A stretch of 64,000 nucleotides of DNA from Squalus acanthias (lineage: Eukaryota): the NCBI GenBank assembly GCA_030390025.1, contig CM059425.1, positions 163,310,001 to 163,374,000 on the forward strand. The letters run 5' to 3'. Position numbers and translations under genes: made by a program. A model generated the notes under the pieces. It worked only from the letters and a program-made list of their open reading frames with translations, did not search any database and was not told the DNA's origin. The stretch's first letter is position 1; each line of letters opens with the position of its first letter. This document shows, one piece after another, positions 1 to 12,099 of this stretch.

Positions 1-2509
1 GTCTTGGATGGTGTCGAGCTTCTTGAGAGTTGTTGGAGCTGCACTCATCCAGGCAAGTGGAGAGTATTCCATCACACTCCTGACTTGTGCCTTGTAGATG
101 GTAGAAAGGCTTTGGGGAGTCATTATCTGAGGAGTTGCGAATGGAACTGAACACTGTGCAATCATCAGTGAACATCCCCACTTCTGACCTTATGATGGAG
201 GGAAGGTCATTGATGAAGCAACTGAAGAGGGTTGGGTCTAGGACACTGTCCTGAGGAACTCCTGCAGCGATGTCCTCGGGTTGAGATGATTGGCCTCCAA
301 CAACCATCGCCATCTTCCTTTGTGCTAGGTATGACTCCAGCCTGTGGTGAATATGCCCCCTGTTTCCCATTGCCTTCAATTTTACTAGCGCTCCTTGATG
401 CCACACTTGGACAAATGCTGCCTTGATGTCAAGGGCAGTCACTCTTACCTTACCTCTGGAATTCAGCTCTTTTGTCCATGCTTGGACCAAGGCTGTAATG
501 AGGTCTGGAGCCGAGTGGTCCTGGCAGAACCCAAACTGAGCATCGGTGAGCAGGTTATTGGTGAGTAAGTGTCGCTTGATAGCACTGTCGATGACACCTT
601 CCATCACTTTGCTGATGATTGAGAGTAGACTGATGGGGTGGTAATTGGCCGGATTCGATTTGTCCTGCTTTTTGTGGACAGGACATACCTGGGCAGTTTT
701 CCACATTGTCGGGTAGATGCCAGTGTTGTAGCTATACTGGAATAGCTTGGTTAGAGGCGTGGCTAGTTCTGGAGCACAAGTCTTCAGCACGACAGCCGGG
801 ATGTTGTCGGGGCCCATAGCCTTTGCTGTATGCAGTGCGCGCAGCCGTTTTTTGATATCATGTGGAGTGAATCGAATTGGCTTAGACTGGCTTCTGTGAT
901 GGTGGAGACCTTAAGAGGAGGCCAAAAATGATCATCCACTCGGCACTTCTGGCTGAAGGTGGTTGCAAACGCTTCAGCCTTGTCTTTTGCACTCACGTGC
1001 TGGGCTCCACCATCATTGAGGATGGGGATATTCATGGAGCTTCCTCCTCCAGTTAGTTGTTTAATGGTCCACCACCATTCATGACTGGATGTGGCAGGAC
1101 TGCAGAGCTTTGATCTGATCCGTTGATTGTGGGATCGCTTAGCTCTATCTATAGCATGTTGCTTCCGCTTTTTAACATGCATGTAAGTCCTGTGTTGCAG
1201 CGTCCCCAGGTTGGCACCTCATTTTTAAGTGCACCTGGTGCTGCTCCTGGCATGTTCTTCTACACTCCTCATTGAACCATGGTTGGCCCCCTGGTAATGG
1301 TAGAGTGAGGGATATGCCGGGCCATGAGCTTAAAGATTGTGGTGGAATACAATTCTGCTGCGGCCCCACAGCACCTCATGGATGCCCAGTTTTGAGCTGC
1401 TAGATCTATTCTGAATCTATCCCATTTAGCATGGTGGTAGTGCCACACAACACGATGGAGGGTGTCCTCAGTGTGAAGACGGGACTTCATCTCCACAAGA
1501 ACTGTGCGGTGGTCACTACTACCAATACTGTCATGGATGAGATGAAATAGGTTCTCTCACCACCTATCGCAGGCCCAGACTGGCAGCTATGTCCTTCAGG
1601 ACTCCGCCAGCTCGGTCAGTAGTGGTGCTACCGAGCCAATCTTGGTGATGCACATTGAAGTCCCCATCCAGAGTACATTCTGTGCCCTTGCTACCCTCAG
1701 TCCTTCTTCCAAGTGGTGTTCAACATGGAGGAGTACTGATTCATCAGCTGAGGGAGGGCAGTAGGTGGTAATCAGCAGGAGGTTTCCTTGCCCATGCTTG
1801 ACCTGAAGCCATGAGACATCATGGGGTCCAGAGTCAGTGTTGAGGACTCCCAGGGCTACTCCCTCCCGACTGTGTAGCACTTTGCTGCCACCTCTGGTGG
1901 GTCTGTCTTGCCGGTGGGACAGGACATACCCTGGGATGGTGATGGAGGAGTCTGGGACATTGGCTGAAAGATATGATTCTGTGAGTATGACTATGTCAGG
2001 CTGTTGCTTGACTAGTCTGTGGAACAGCTCTCCCACTTTTGGCACAAGTCCCCAGATGTTGGTGAGGAGGACTTTGCAGGGTTGACTGGGCTGGCCTTTG
2101 TCGTGTCCGTAGCCGGTCCCTGGGTCGATGGCAGGTGGTCCATCTGGTTTTATTCTTCTTATTGTTTTTCGTCATGGTTTGTTACAACTGAGTGGCTTGC
2201 TAGGCCATTTCAGAGGGCAGTTAAGAGTCAACCACATTGCTGTGGGTCTGGAGTCACATATAGACCAGACTGGATAAGGACAGCAGATTTACTTCCCTAA
2301 AGGACATTAGTGAACCAGATGGGTTTTTACAACAAACTGGTAGTTTCATGGTCACCATTACTGATACTAGCTTTTTTATTCTAGATTTATTTAATGAATT
2401 GAATTTAAATTCCCCAGCTGCTGTGGTGGAATTTGAACTCACGTCTCCGGATCATTAGTCCAGGCCTCTGGATTACTAGCCCAGTAACATAACCACTATG
2501 CTACCGTAC
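1..2509 (-). mobile_element. CR1-group non-LTR retrotransposon (family B), degenerate EN-RT ORF with tRNA-like 5' head; runs off the left edge
   Basis: Minus-strand ORF pieces: APE endonuclease (TNIWGLVPKVGEL..PDIVILTESYL..RQDRPTRGG, 1596-2080), linker (PWFNEECRR, WWWTIKQLTGGG) and RT. Same family as the plus-strand copies at 15505 and 31345. Frameshifts and small internal deletions. Confidence 0.85.
2420..2509 (-). promoter_or_regulatory. tRNA-derived Pol III promoter-like head (A box/B box) at the 5' end of the LINE
   Basis: Minus strand reads GGTAGCATAGTGGTTATG (A-box-like, ~2503-2493) ... GAGTTCAAATTCCACC (B-box-like, ~2440-2428). Confidence 0.6.
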
Positions 2510-2514
2510 TGCCG

Positions 2515-4970
2515 CTGTCTCAGGCTTAACTCCCTCGTAGATAAGCCTACTGCTTCCCTCTGTGCCTCTTTTGGCATCCTCAGAAGGGCTCACCGAGGCA
2601 CTCGTCGCTGCCTCCTTACGAGCAGCAACCCCAACTGCCTCATCCTACTCCTTCACCGACATTCCCCTCCCCCCACCCCCAGCATGCCAGCTGGGGGCTA
2701 AACTTTCCTAAATCTTTCCTGTTTCACTCACCCCTCCCAATGCTGACCCTGAAGACTCTGCTGTCACCGCCCCCTCTTCATCTCCCTCCAGAATGTCAGT
2801 TCAATTGTGAGCAAGGCCTGTGCCATCCTTCAGCTTATCGTGGATGATTGCATTGACATTATGACCTTTATGGAAACCTGGCTGAGGGCTGATGACACCT
2901 TCCCCCTAAATGAAGCCTTCCCACATGGCTATACCTTCCATCACTTACCCCGCCCAAACCACCATGATTGCTCTTATCACCAAATCGCACCTTGGTCTGT
3001 CCCCCTACTCATCTGGCATCTTCTCCTCGGCATCTTCTCCTCCTTTGACCATCTCACCTTGTTCCACCCCTCTCACCTCTCATTTAAAATCCCAATTCTC
3101 TACCACCCACCCAAGTACCATGCCAAATTTCTCAGTGGGGTATCTTCACTGCTTCCCTCCCTCAGCCTCTGCGCTGAGCGATTTCTCATCCTCGGTGATT
3201 TCAACCTCCATCTCAACTCATTACGCTCTCTCTCCTCTGAGTTCACTACCCTCCTAATCTCCCTTCATATAGACTCCTCAATCCATACTTGACCTTGCCA
3301 TCTCATGTGGCCTCACTACTCCCATCTTGTCAATCACAGATAAGACCATCTCTGATCACTTCCGTGTATTACTCTCCACCCACATGCCCCTTTCCCCCGC
3401 AACCACACTTCCTTCTGTGACCGCCCATGGAAAATACTCTCCCCCAAGTCACTTACAAATGCGCTTTCAAATTCCCAACAGTCTAGCTTATGGCATGCCA
3501 TTCACCACGACATCCACTCAATCACACTCTCACCTCCACCTTTGATGCCCTTGTGCCTATTAAAACCATTAGTCACTCTCAACCTGGCCATTCCCCCATG
3601 TACAGCCCTCATCTCTGCTCCCTTAATCCAAGGGTGCAGACTTGAACATATATGGCGGACAACTGATTTAGCCTTTCATCGCCACATAAAGTACTGTCGG
3701 GTCCTGCTCTCCTCTTCCAAAACTGCTCACTATTCCAAGATCATCTGGAATGCAAAGATAACCCCCGGCTTCTCTTCTCCACAATAAACTGTCGTCTTTA
3801 ACCTCTCTCCCTTCCCTGTTCCACCCTCAGCTCCAAAAACAAGTGCGAGGAGCTCATGGACTTTGTTGTCACTAAGATTGAGATCATCCATTCAGCTGCC
3901 TCTGCCGAATCCCTCCCTTCCCGTAGTCCACCGGGCCAAACTTTCCCTAATGTTCCCCCCTGCCCTAGTCCTAAACTCACATCTTTCTCTAGTTTCTCTT
4001 CTATCTCCCGTCATGCCCTCTCCGAGTTCATCTTGTCCATGAGACCCACCTCCTGCTCCCTCGACCCTATTTCCACCAAACTACTGACCACCCAACTTCC
4101 CTTCCTGGCCCCCCATGTTAGACAATATTGTTAACAGTTCTCTCTACTCAGGTACTGTCCCCCTCCCCTTTAAATCTGCCGTCATCACCCAGCTCCTCAA
4201 AAAGCCCACCCTTGACCCCTATGTTATTGCAAACAACCGCCCCATCTCCAACCACCCTTTCCTCTCCAAAGTCCTTGAACTAGCTCTCACCTCCCAAATC
4301 CGTGCCCATCTTTCCCGAACTCCATGCTTGAATCCCTCCAATCCGGTTTCCACCCCGCCACAGCCCTGAAACAGCCCTTATCAAAGTCACAAATGACATC
4401 CTATCTGACTGTGATCATGGTAAACTATCCCTTCTCATCATTCTCGAACTGTCTGAAACCTTTGACCACACCATCTTCCTCCAATGCCTCTCCTCTGTCA
4501 TTCAGTTGGATGGGACTGCACTCGCCTAGTTCCATTCTTATCTATTCAGTCATAACCAGAGAACCACCTGCAATGGCTTCTCTTCCCACTCCTGCACCGT
4601 GACCTCTGCTGGCTCCAAAGGTTTTATCCTATTTCTCATCTACATGCTGTCCCTCGGTGATATCATCCGAAAACACAATATCTGGTTCCACATTGTCGCC
4701 GACGACACCCAGCTCTACCTCACCACCACCTCTCTTGACCCCTCCACTGTCTCTAATTTGTCAGACTGCTTGTCCGACATCCAGTATTGGATGAGCAGAA
4801 TTTACCTCCAACTAAATATCGGGAAGACCGAAGCCATTCTCTTCGGGCCCCGCCACAAGCTCCGTTCCCCAGCCACCGACTCCCTCCCTCTTCCTGGCAA
4901 CTGCTTGAGGCTGAACCAGACCATTCGCAACCTTGGTGTCGTATTTGACCCTCAGATGAGCTTCCGACCA
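2515..4970 (+). mobile_element. L2-clade LINE, 5' part (EN + RT), degenerate
   Basis: IDIMTFMETWL..ILGDFNLH (EN); PTSCSLDPISTKLL, FKSAVITQLLKKPTLDP..NNRPISNHPFLSKVLE, ADDTQLYL, LQLNIGKTEAILFG (L2-type RT). Continues at ~8700 after a CR1 insertion. Confidence 0.85.
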
Positions 4971-7900
4971 CATAAGAACATAAGAAATAGGAACAGAAGT
5001 AGGCCATTCGGCCCCTCGAGCCTGCTTGCCATTCAATAAGATCATGGCTGATCTTCTACTTCAACTCCACTTTGCTGCACTATCCCCATATCTCTTGATT
5101 CCCTTAATATCCAAAAATCTATCGACCTCTGTCTTGAATATACTAAATGACTGAGCCTCTACAGTCCTCTGGGATAGAGAATTCCAAAGATTCACCACCC
5201 TCTGAGTGAAGAAATTTCTCCTCCTCTCAGTCCTAAATGGCCGACCCCTGATTCTGATACTGTGACTGACCCCTGGTTCTAGACTCCTCAGCCAGGGGAA
5301 ACATCCTCCCTGCATCTACCCTGTCAAGCCCTGTAAAAATGTTGTATGTTTCAATGAGATCACCTCTCATTCTTCTAAACTCCAGAGAATATAGGCCTAG
5401 TCTACTCAATCTCTCCTCATAGGACAATCCCCCCATCCCAGGAATCATTCTGGTGAACCTTTGTTGCACTCACTCTATGGCAAGTATATCCTTCCTTAGG
5501 TAAGGAGACCAAAACTGTACACAATACTCCAGGTGTGGTCTCACCAGGGCCCTATATAATTGCAGTAAGATGTCTTTACTCTTATACTCAAATCCTCTTG
5601 TAATAAAGGCCAACATACCATTTGCTTTCCTAATTGCTTGCTGTACCTGCATGTTAACTTTCAATGATTCGTGTACAAGGACACCCAGGTCCCCTGAACA
5701 CCAACATTTCCCAATCTCTCACCATTTAAAAAATACTCTGCTTTCCTATTTTTCCTACCAAAGTGGATAACTTCACATTTCTCCACATTATATTCCATTT
5801 GCCATGTTCTTGCCCACTCACTTAGCCTGGCTATATCCCCTTGAAGCCTCTTTGCATTCTTCTCACAACTTACATTCCCACCTGGCTTTGTATCATCAGC
5901 AAACTTGGATATATTACATTTATTCCCCTCACCCAAATCATTGATATAGATTGTGAATAGCTGAGGTCCAAGCACTGATCCTTGCGGTACCTCACTAGTT
6001 TCAGCCTCCCAAGCCGAAAATGACCCGTTTATTCCTACTCGCTGTTTTCTGTCCGTTAACCAATCCTCAATCCATGCTAGTATATTACCCCCAATCCCAT
6101 GAGCTCTAATTTTGTTTAATAACCTCTTGTGTGACACCTTATCGAATGCCTTCTGAAAATCCAAATACACCACATCCACTGGTTCCCCCTTATCTATTCT
6201 GGTAGTTACAACCTCAAAAAACTCTAACGAATTCGTCAAACATGATTTCCCTTTCATAAATCCGTTTTGACTCTGCCCAATCCTATTATTATTTTCTAAG
6301 TGCCCTGTTACCACGTCCTTAATAATAGATTCTAGCATTTTCCCTACTACTGATGTCAGGCTAACTGATCTGTAGTTCCCCGTTTTCGCTCTCCCTCCTT
6401 TCTTAAATAGTGGGGTTACATTTGCTACCTTCCAATCTGCGGGAACCGTTCTAGAATCTCTGGAATTTTGGAAGATGACAACCAATGCATCCTATCTCTA
6501 TAGCCACCTCTTTCAAAACCCTAGGATGTAGGCCATCAGGTCCAGGGGATTTATTGGCTTTCAGTCCCATTAATTTCTCCAGTGCTATTTTTTTACTAAT
6601 ACTAATTTCTTTCAGTTCCTCATTCTCCCTAGAGCCTTGGTTCTCCATTATTTCCGGGAGTTTTTTTGTGTCTTCTTCCATGAAGACAGACACAATGGGC
6701 TGGATTTTGAATCTGGGGTCGGGTTGGTGTCGTGAATCATACATTCTGGCTTGTGAACCCGCCTCCATCGAGATGTGGCCAACCCACTGTATTTTCCCTT
6801 GATTGACCTTGTTGAGCCCGCCCAGTGGGCTCAGCAGGCCAATTAAGGGCCACCCGGCAACAGGTGACATCACAGATTGACATTTCATCTGTCAAGCGCT
6901 TTTGACAGATGAAATATCAGCGTTTGACAGCTCTGTGAAGCTGTCAAACACTGACAATATGATTTCTAACTTCAGTCCTTCCTCTAAGGCTGAGTTAGAA
7001 ATCATTCCAGCACAGAAAACAGAAGGCTGCAGTTTTTGACAGCACCACGGCTTTTCTGCTTTCTGTGCCGGTGAGATTTCTCACTCCCGAGAACTGAAGG
7101 GCTGACACTTGCAGGAGGAAGTTAAGGTAAGTAAAACTTTTTCCAACACTTAGCACTTACCTTACACACTTACCTCTGCACACATGCAACCATCACTCAC
7201 CTGCCCACCGGACATATCGACCCCTCCAACCCCTGCAGAACCACGGTCCACCCCGATTACTTGGCGTGGTTGCCACCTGTCGGGAAGCCCACATTTCTCC
7301 TTTTTAAAATAGGGATTATCCAAAAAACTGCCTGTTAACTACCTGTTAACAGGCAGTTAATTGTCACTAATCCCTTCCCGCCTCGGGGAGTCGGGTCTCA
7401 GCACAGGTCGGGTACCCGCCGCCAGCGAAACTGGCATGGAGGTGGGTTGGAGGCGGGATGTGGTCGTGACCCCCGAATCTGCAACTTTAACCCCCCCCAC
7501 CCGCCTCCAAACCCGACTCCACGGGTCATTGAAAATCCAGCCCAATGTATTTGTTTAATTTCTCTGCCATTTCCTTATTCCCCATTATAATTTCTCCTGT
7601 CTCAGCCTGTAAGGGACCCACATTTACTTTCACTAATCTTTTCCTTTTTACATACCTATAGAAGCTTTTACAGTCTGTTTTTATGTCTCTCGCTAGTTTA
7701 CTCTCATTCTATTTTCCCTTCTTTATCAATTTCTTGGTCCTCCTTTGCTGAATTCTAAAATCCTCCCAATCCTCATGCTTACTACTCTTTTTGGCAACAT
7801 TATAAGCCTCTTCCTTTGATCCAATACTATCTTTAACTTCTCTTGTTAGCCACAGTTGGACCACTATTCCTGTGGGGTTTTTGTGCCTTAAAGGAATGTA

Positions 7901-8700
7901 TATTTGTTGTAAATTATGTATTAATTCTTTAAATGCTAGCCATTGCTTGTTGACTGTCATACCTTTTAATGTAGTTTCCCAATCTACCTTAGCAAACTTG
8001 CCCCTCATACCTACGTAGTTTGCTTTGTTTAGTTTTAATACCCTAGTTTCAGATTTAACTAAATCACTTTCACTCAATATAAAATTCTATAATATGGTCA
8101 CTCTTCCCTAAAGGCCCCTTTACTGCAAGGTTATTAATTAACCCTTTCTCATTGCACAATACTAGATCTAAAATAGCCTGTTCCCTAGTTGGTTCCTCAA
8201 CATACTGATCCAGAAAACTATCTTGTATACATGCCATGAATTCATCCTCCACACTATTACTGCAAATTTGGTTTGCCCAGTCTATATGTAGATTAATGTC
8301 CCCCATGATCACTGTATTACCCTTGTTACATGCGCCTCTAATTTCCTGATTTATTTTCTGCCCTACATTACAACTACTGTTTGGGGGCCTATAAACAACT
8401 CCCCCAATGTTTTCTGCCCCTTGCTGTTTCTTAGCTCCACCCAAACTGATTCTACTTCTTGATTTTCGGAGCTTAGATCATTTCTCTCTACTGTCTTTAT
8501 CCCATCCTTTATTATCAGGGCTACCCTTCCTTTTCCATTTTGCCTATCTCTTCTAAAAGTTAAGTATCCTGGAATATTTAGTTCCCAATCTTGGTCACTT
8601 TGCAACCATGTCTCCGTAATGGCTATTAGATCAAACCTATTAATTTCTATCTGCGCTATTAATTCATCTATTTTGTTGCGAATGCTTTGCGCATTCAGAT
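4971..8700 (-). mobile_element. CR1 (HER1-like) LINE covering nearly all of ORF2, inserted into L2 and itself interrupted by a MITE
   Basis: EN (LNAQSIRNK..AITETWL..VIMGDINL) and RT ([41 protein letters not shown]). C-terminal LVRPHLEYCVQFWSP and 3' tail (TTCTTATG)n at 4971-4990. Multiple frameshifts. Confidence 0.9.
6697..7543. mobile_element. Harbinger-type non-autonomous element (MITE)
   Basis: TIR GGGCTGGATTTT...AAAATCCAGCCC, 3-bp TSD AAT (6694-6696, 7544-7546). Removing it restores the CR1 sequence. Confidence 0.85.
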
Positions 8701-9363
8701 ATCCACTCCATCACCTACTTCCACCTCCATAACATCGTCTGACTCTGCCCCTGCCTCAGCGCATCTACTGCTGAAACCCTCATCTATGCCTTTGTTACTG
8801 CTAGACTTGATTATTTCCAATGCTCTGTTGGCTGGCCTTCCATCTTCCACCCTCCATAAACTTAAGCTCACTGAAAAACTCTGCTGCCCTTATCCTAACT
8901 CAGATCAAGTCCCGTTCACCCATCACCCTGTGCTTGCTGACTTACGTTGCCTCCCAGTTCAGCAACACCTCAATTTTAAAATTCTCATCCTTGTTTTCAA
9001 ACGCCTCCATGGCCTCACCCCTCCCTATCTCTGTGACCTCCTCCAGCCCTACAACCCTCCGAGATCTCTGGGCACGTCCAAATCTGGCCTCTTGCACACC
9101 CCGAATTTTAATCGCTCCACCTTGGACAGCTGTGCTTTCAGCTGCCTTCCCTCCGTAAACATCTCTGCCTCTCTACCTCTCTCTCTTCCGTTAAGATGCT
9201 CCTTTAAACCTAGCTTTTGACCAAGCTTTTGGTCATCTGTCCTAATGTCTCCTTATGTGGCTCGGTGTCTAGTTTTGTTTGATAACGCTCCTCTGAAGCA
9301 CCTTGGGACGTTTTACTACATTAGAGGTGCTATATAAATGCAATTGTTGATATTGTTGTTGTT
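8701..9363 (+). mobile_element. L2-clade LINE, 3' part
   Basis: SNALLAGLPSSTLHKL..PVLADL..FKILILVFK; L2-like 3' end TATATAAATGCAA..(TTG)n. Continues the reading of 2515-4970. Confidence 0.85.
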
Positions 9364-10012
9364 GGGAGTACACAGGAAAAACCATGGATTTTTGGGGCAC
9401 TTGTATCCAGAGTAAAAAGCATTTAGACTGAATTATTTGTCCCTGGCGGTTGCTTTCAAGTGGTTTCTGTGCTCTAAATAGCAGAGAATCTCATTGATTT
9501 AATTTCCAGGGGCTAACTGTAAATAAATAGTTTCATTAATGATGAAAACACAAACGCAGAAATATGAAGTGGGATCTGAGTGTTGTGGCAGTGCATGGTT
9601 GGAATTGGGTCAGTTTTCTTCTCCTTGGGAGCTGCACTGTTAAATTCTCCTGCCCAACCCACAACTCCCCCCCCTCCCCCCCACCCCCCCCACCACCACA
9701 CGGCCTGACATAAGTTTGTGGGCATGTGTCGGTTAAATGGGTGTTCCGCCAGAAATTCCACAAATATATACCAGCAATGTAGCCGTGGTACATTAGCCTG
9801 CAAAAACCCGTGAATGTGCCATACTGTGCTGCATGTGGGCCCCAAAATGCCATGTTTAAAATGCAATCTTCTGGAATTGATTGCTGTTAGAATTGGGGAC
9901 TTCCATGAAAGAGGAGCTTGAAGTTATTTAATTTCCTCAATTAAACAGGATAGTGGAAGGGAAGTGGAGAAAGAAATATGTACTCAAATCTATGAAATGA
10001 GTAAAAGACATA

Positions 10013-10709
10013 GGGGTAGAAATTGGGTCGCGCGGGCACTACCTTTGCTGGGGCGCTAATTTTAGCGCCCCGAAAAAGTTAGCACCCCCGTGGCCGATTT
10101 TCCCAGGTAGCGCCCCGAGAGGGAGGAGGGGCGCTGCTGGAAGCACCCTGCATTCCTCTTGGGGCGCTGCGAGCCAATATCGCTGCAGCACGTTGCACCA
10201 CGGTACTGCAGGCCTTCCTCCCCTTATTAAAGGGGAGGGCCCTGGCGCAGCGTGTCCCGGCGCCCAGCTGGGCCACCAGGGATCGGGAGATAAGCCTGTC
10301 ACTCAAGAGGAGTGCCGGGCTCACGGAGAGCAGCCGGCACCCCGCAGGGGGGCTTCACAGGGGCAGGGGGCAGGTGCTGGCAGGTGGCCAGCAACAAAAA
10401 TGGCTGCCCGCCACCTCCCCTTTAACTAGCGCCGCCCTGGCCGCAGGTAGGCTCCCCTGACCCCGTCGGACATAGCGTCCGGCGGTAAGTCGGGGAGGCG
10501 CCACCCAATATTACAGCTGGGGGGCGCTGCGCACGGTGATGATGTCATTGCTGGCGGCGCCGCACCGCACGGCGCTAACAGTTAGCGCCGCCGCTAACCT
10601 CCCGCTGAATTTCACAGGAGGCATTAGCGGTGCCGCGCCCAGGCGCTATTTGATTTGCGCCCCGTTAGCGCCCTCTTAGGGAGGCGAAAATCAACCGAAT
10701 TTAGCCCCC
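10013..10709. mobile_element. GC-rich Harbinger-type MITE
   Basis: Termini GGGGTAGAAATT / AATTTAGCCCCC, TSD ATA (10010-10012, 10710-10712), many TTAGCGCC/GGCGCTAA motifs. Right end resembles the left end of the Harbinger at 62002. Confidence 0.8.
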
Positions 10710-10736
10710 ATAGAATAATAATAATGGGAGATTTCA

Positions 10737-11490
10737 ATGGGCTGATAAGTGGCAAGCAACATTAGCGCCATACAAGTGCCAGGCAATGACTATCTCCAGC
10801 AAGAGAGAGTCTAACCATCGCCCCTTGACATTCAACGGGATTGCTGTCACTGATTCCCCCACCATCAACATCCTGGGGGGGTTACCATTGACCAAAAACT
10901 TAACTGGACCAGCCACATAAATACTGTGGCAACAAGAGCAGGTCAGAGGCTGGGTATTCTGCGGCGAGTGACTCACCTCCTTACTTCCCAAAGCCTTTCC
11001 ACCATCTAGAAGGCACAAGTCAGGAGTGTGATGGAATGATCTCCACTTGCCTGGATGAGCGCAACAACGCTCCAACAACATTCAAGAAGCTCGGCACCAT
11101 CCAGGACAAAGCAGCCTGCTTGATTGGCACCCCATCCACCACCTTAAATATTCAATCCCTCCACCACCGGCGCACTGTGGCTGCAGTGTGTACCATCTAC
11201 AAGATGCACTGCAGCAACTCTCCAAGGTCAAGGGCAACAGGTGCATGGGAATACCACCACCTCCGAGTTCCCCTCCAAGTCACACATCGTCCTGACTTGG
11301 AAATATACCACCGTTCCTTCATCGTCGCTGGGTCAAAATCATGGAACTCCCTCCCTAACAGCACTGTGGGAGTACTTCACCACAAGGACTGCAGCGGTTC
11401 AAGAAGACGGCTCATCACCACCTTCTCGAGGGCAACTAGGGATGGGCAATAAATGCTGGCCTTGTCAGTGATGCCCAAGTTCCACAAACG
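10737..11490 (+). mobile_element. CR1-group LINE family B, 5'-truncated 3' fragment
   Basis: WADKWQATLAPYKCQAM..TIQDKAACLIG..; family 3' end AGGGATGGGCAATAAATGCTGGCC. Confidence 0.85.
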
Positions 11491-12099
11491 AATAATAATA
11501 AAAAGCTACCCCCAAATTAACTGGCAAGAGGAAGTAAGTAAAGGGGAAAAGGGAATGGAGTTTTCCCGTATGTTCAAGGCTCCTTTCTTACCCAATAAGT
11601 AAGAAGCCCAAAAAGAGAGCAATTGCTGATTGATTTAGTAATGGGAAGTGAACCAGCGCAATAAGAGAAGTAAGTGTAGGGGAAAATCTCAGCAATAGTG
11701 ATCACAATACAAAATGGTTTAAAATAATGATTGAAAAGACGTAAGTAAGACAAAGACCAAAGTAATAGATTGGAATAAAGCTAATTTTGAGGGGATGAGA
11801 ATGGAACTAGGGAAGGTAAACTGAAAAATAAATTGACAGACAAATAGATAGAACAACAGTGGGAAATATTTAAAACTGTGATCAATATAGTCCAGGAGAA
11901 ATATATTCCACTAAAAAACAAGAACAAACTAGCCAATAATGACACACCATGGATGAATAAAGCAATATGGTCAAATTTGAAACTAAAGAAAAGGGCCTGC
12001 ATTATGCATTAAGTACCGAGACAATAAAGGAGAGGATGACAAAAGGGAATATGAAAAAGTTAGGAAAGAAGTAAAAAAAATAATTGGGAAGAAAGCAGA

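Larger units (their letters stand above)
9930..12090 (+). mobile_element. Old, decayed CR1 remnant (EN/linker) hosting younger insertions
   Basis: Fragments read KRH|RIIIMGDFN across the MITE junction, then ..SDHNT.., KANFEGMRMEL, TPWMNK. Confidence 0.55.

Noticed and set aside
2420..2509. Functional tRNA gene
   Set aside because: A/B boxes are present but no clean cloverleaf or terminator; it is attached to a retroelement.
8690..8705. Both long CR1 copies end within a few bases of the same endonuclease start (LNAxS), here and at 62001
   Set aside because: The second break is caused by a Harbinger insertion; two cases with different mechanisms are compatible with chance.
10013..10709. CpG-island promoter of a host gene
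   Set aside because: Bounded by TIRs and a TSD inside a decayed CR1; explained as a MITE.
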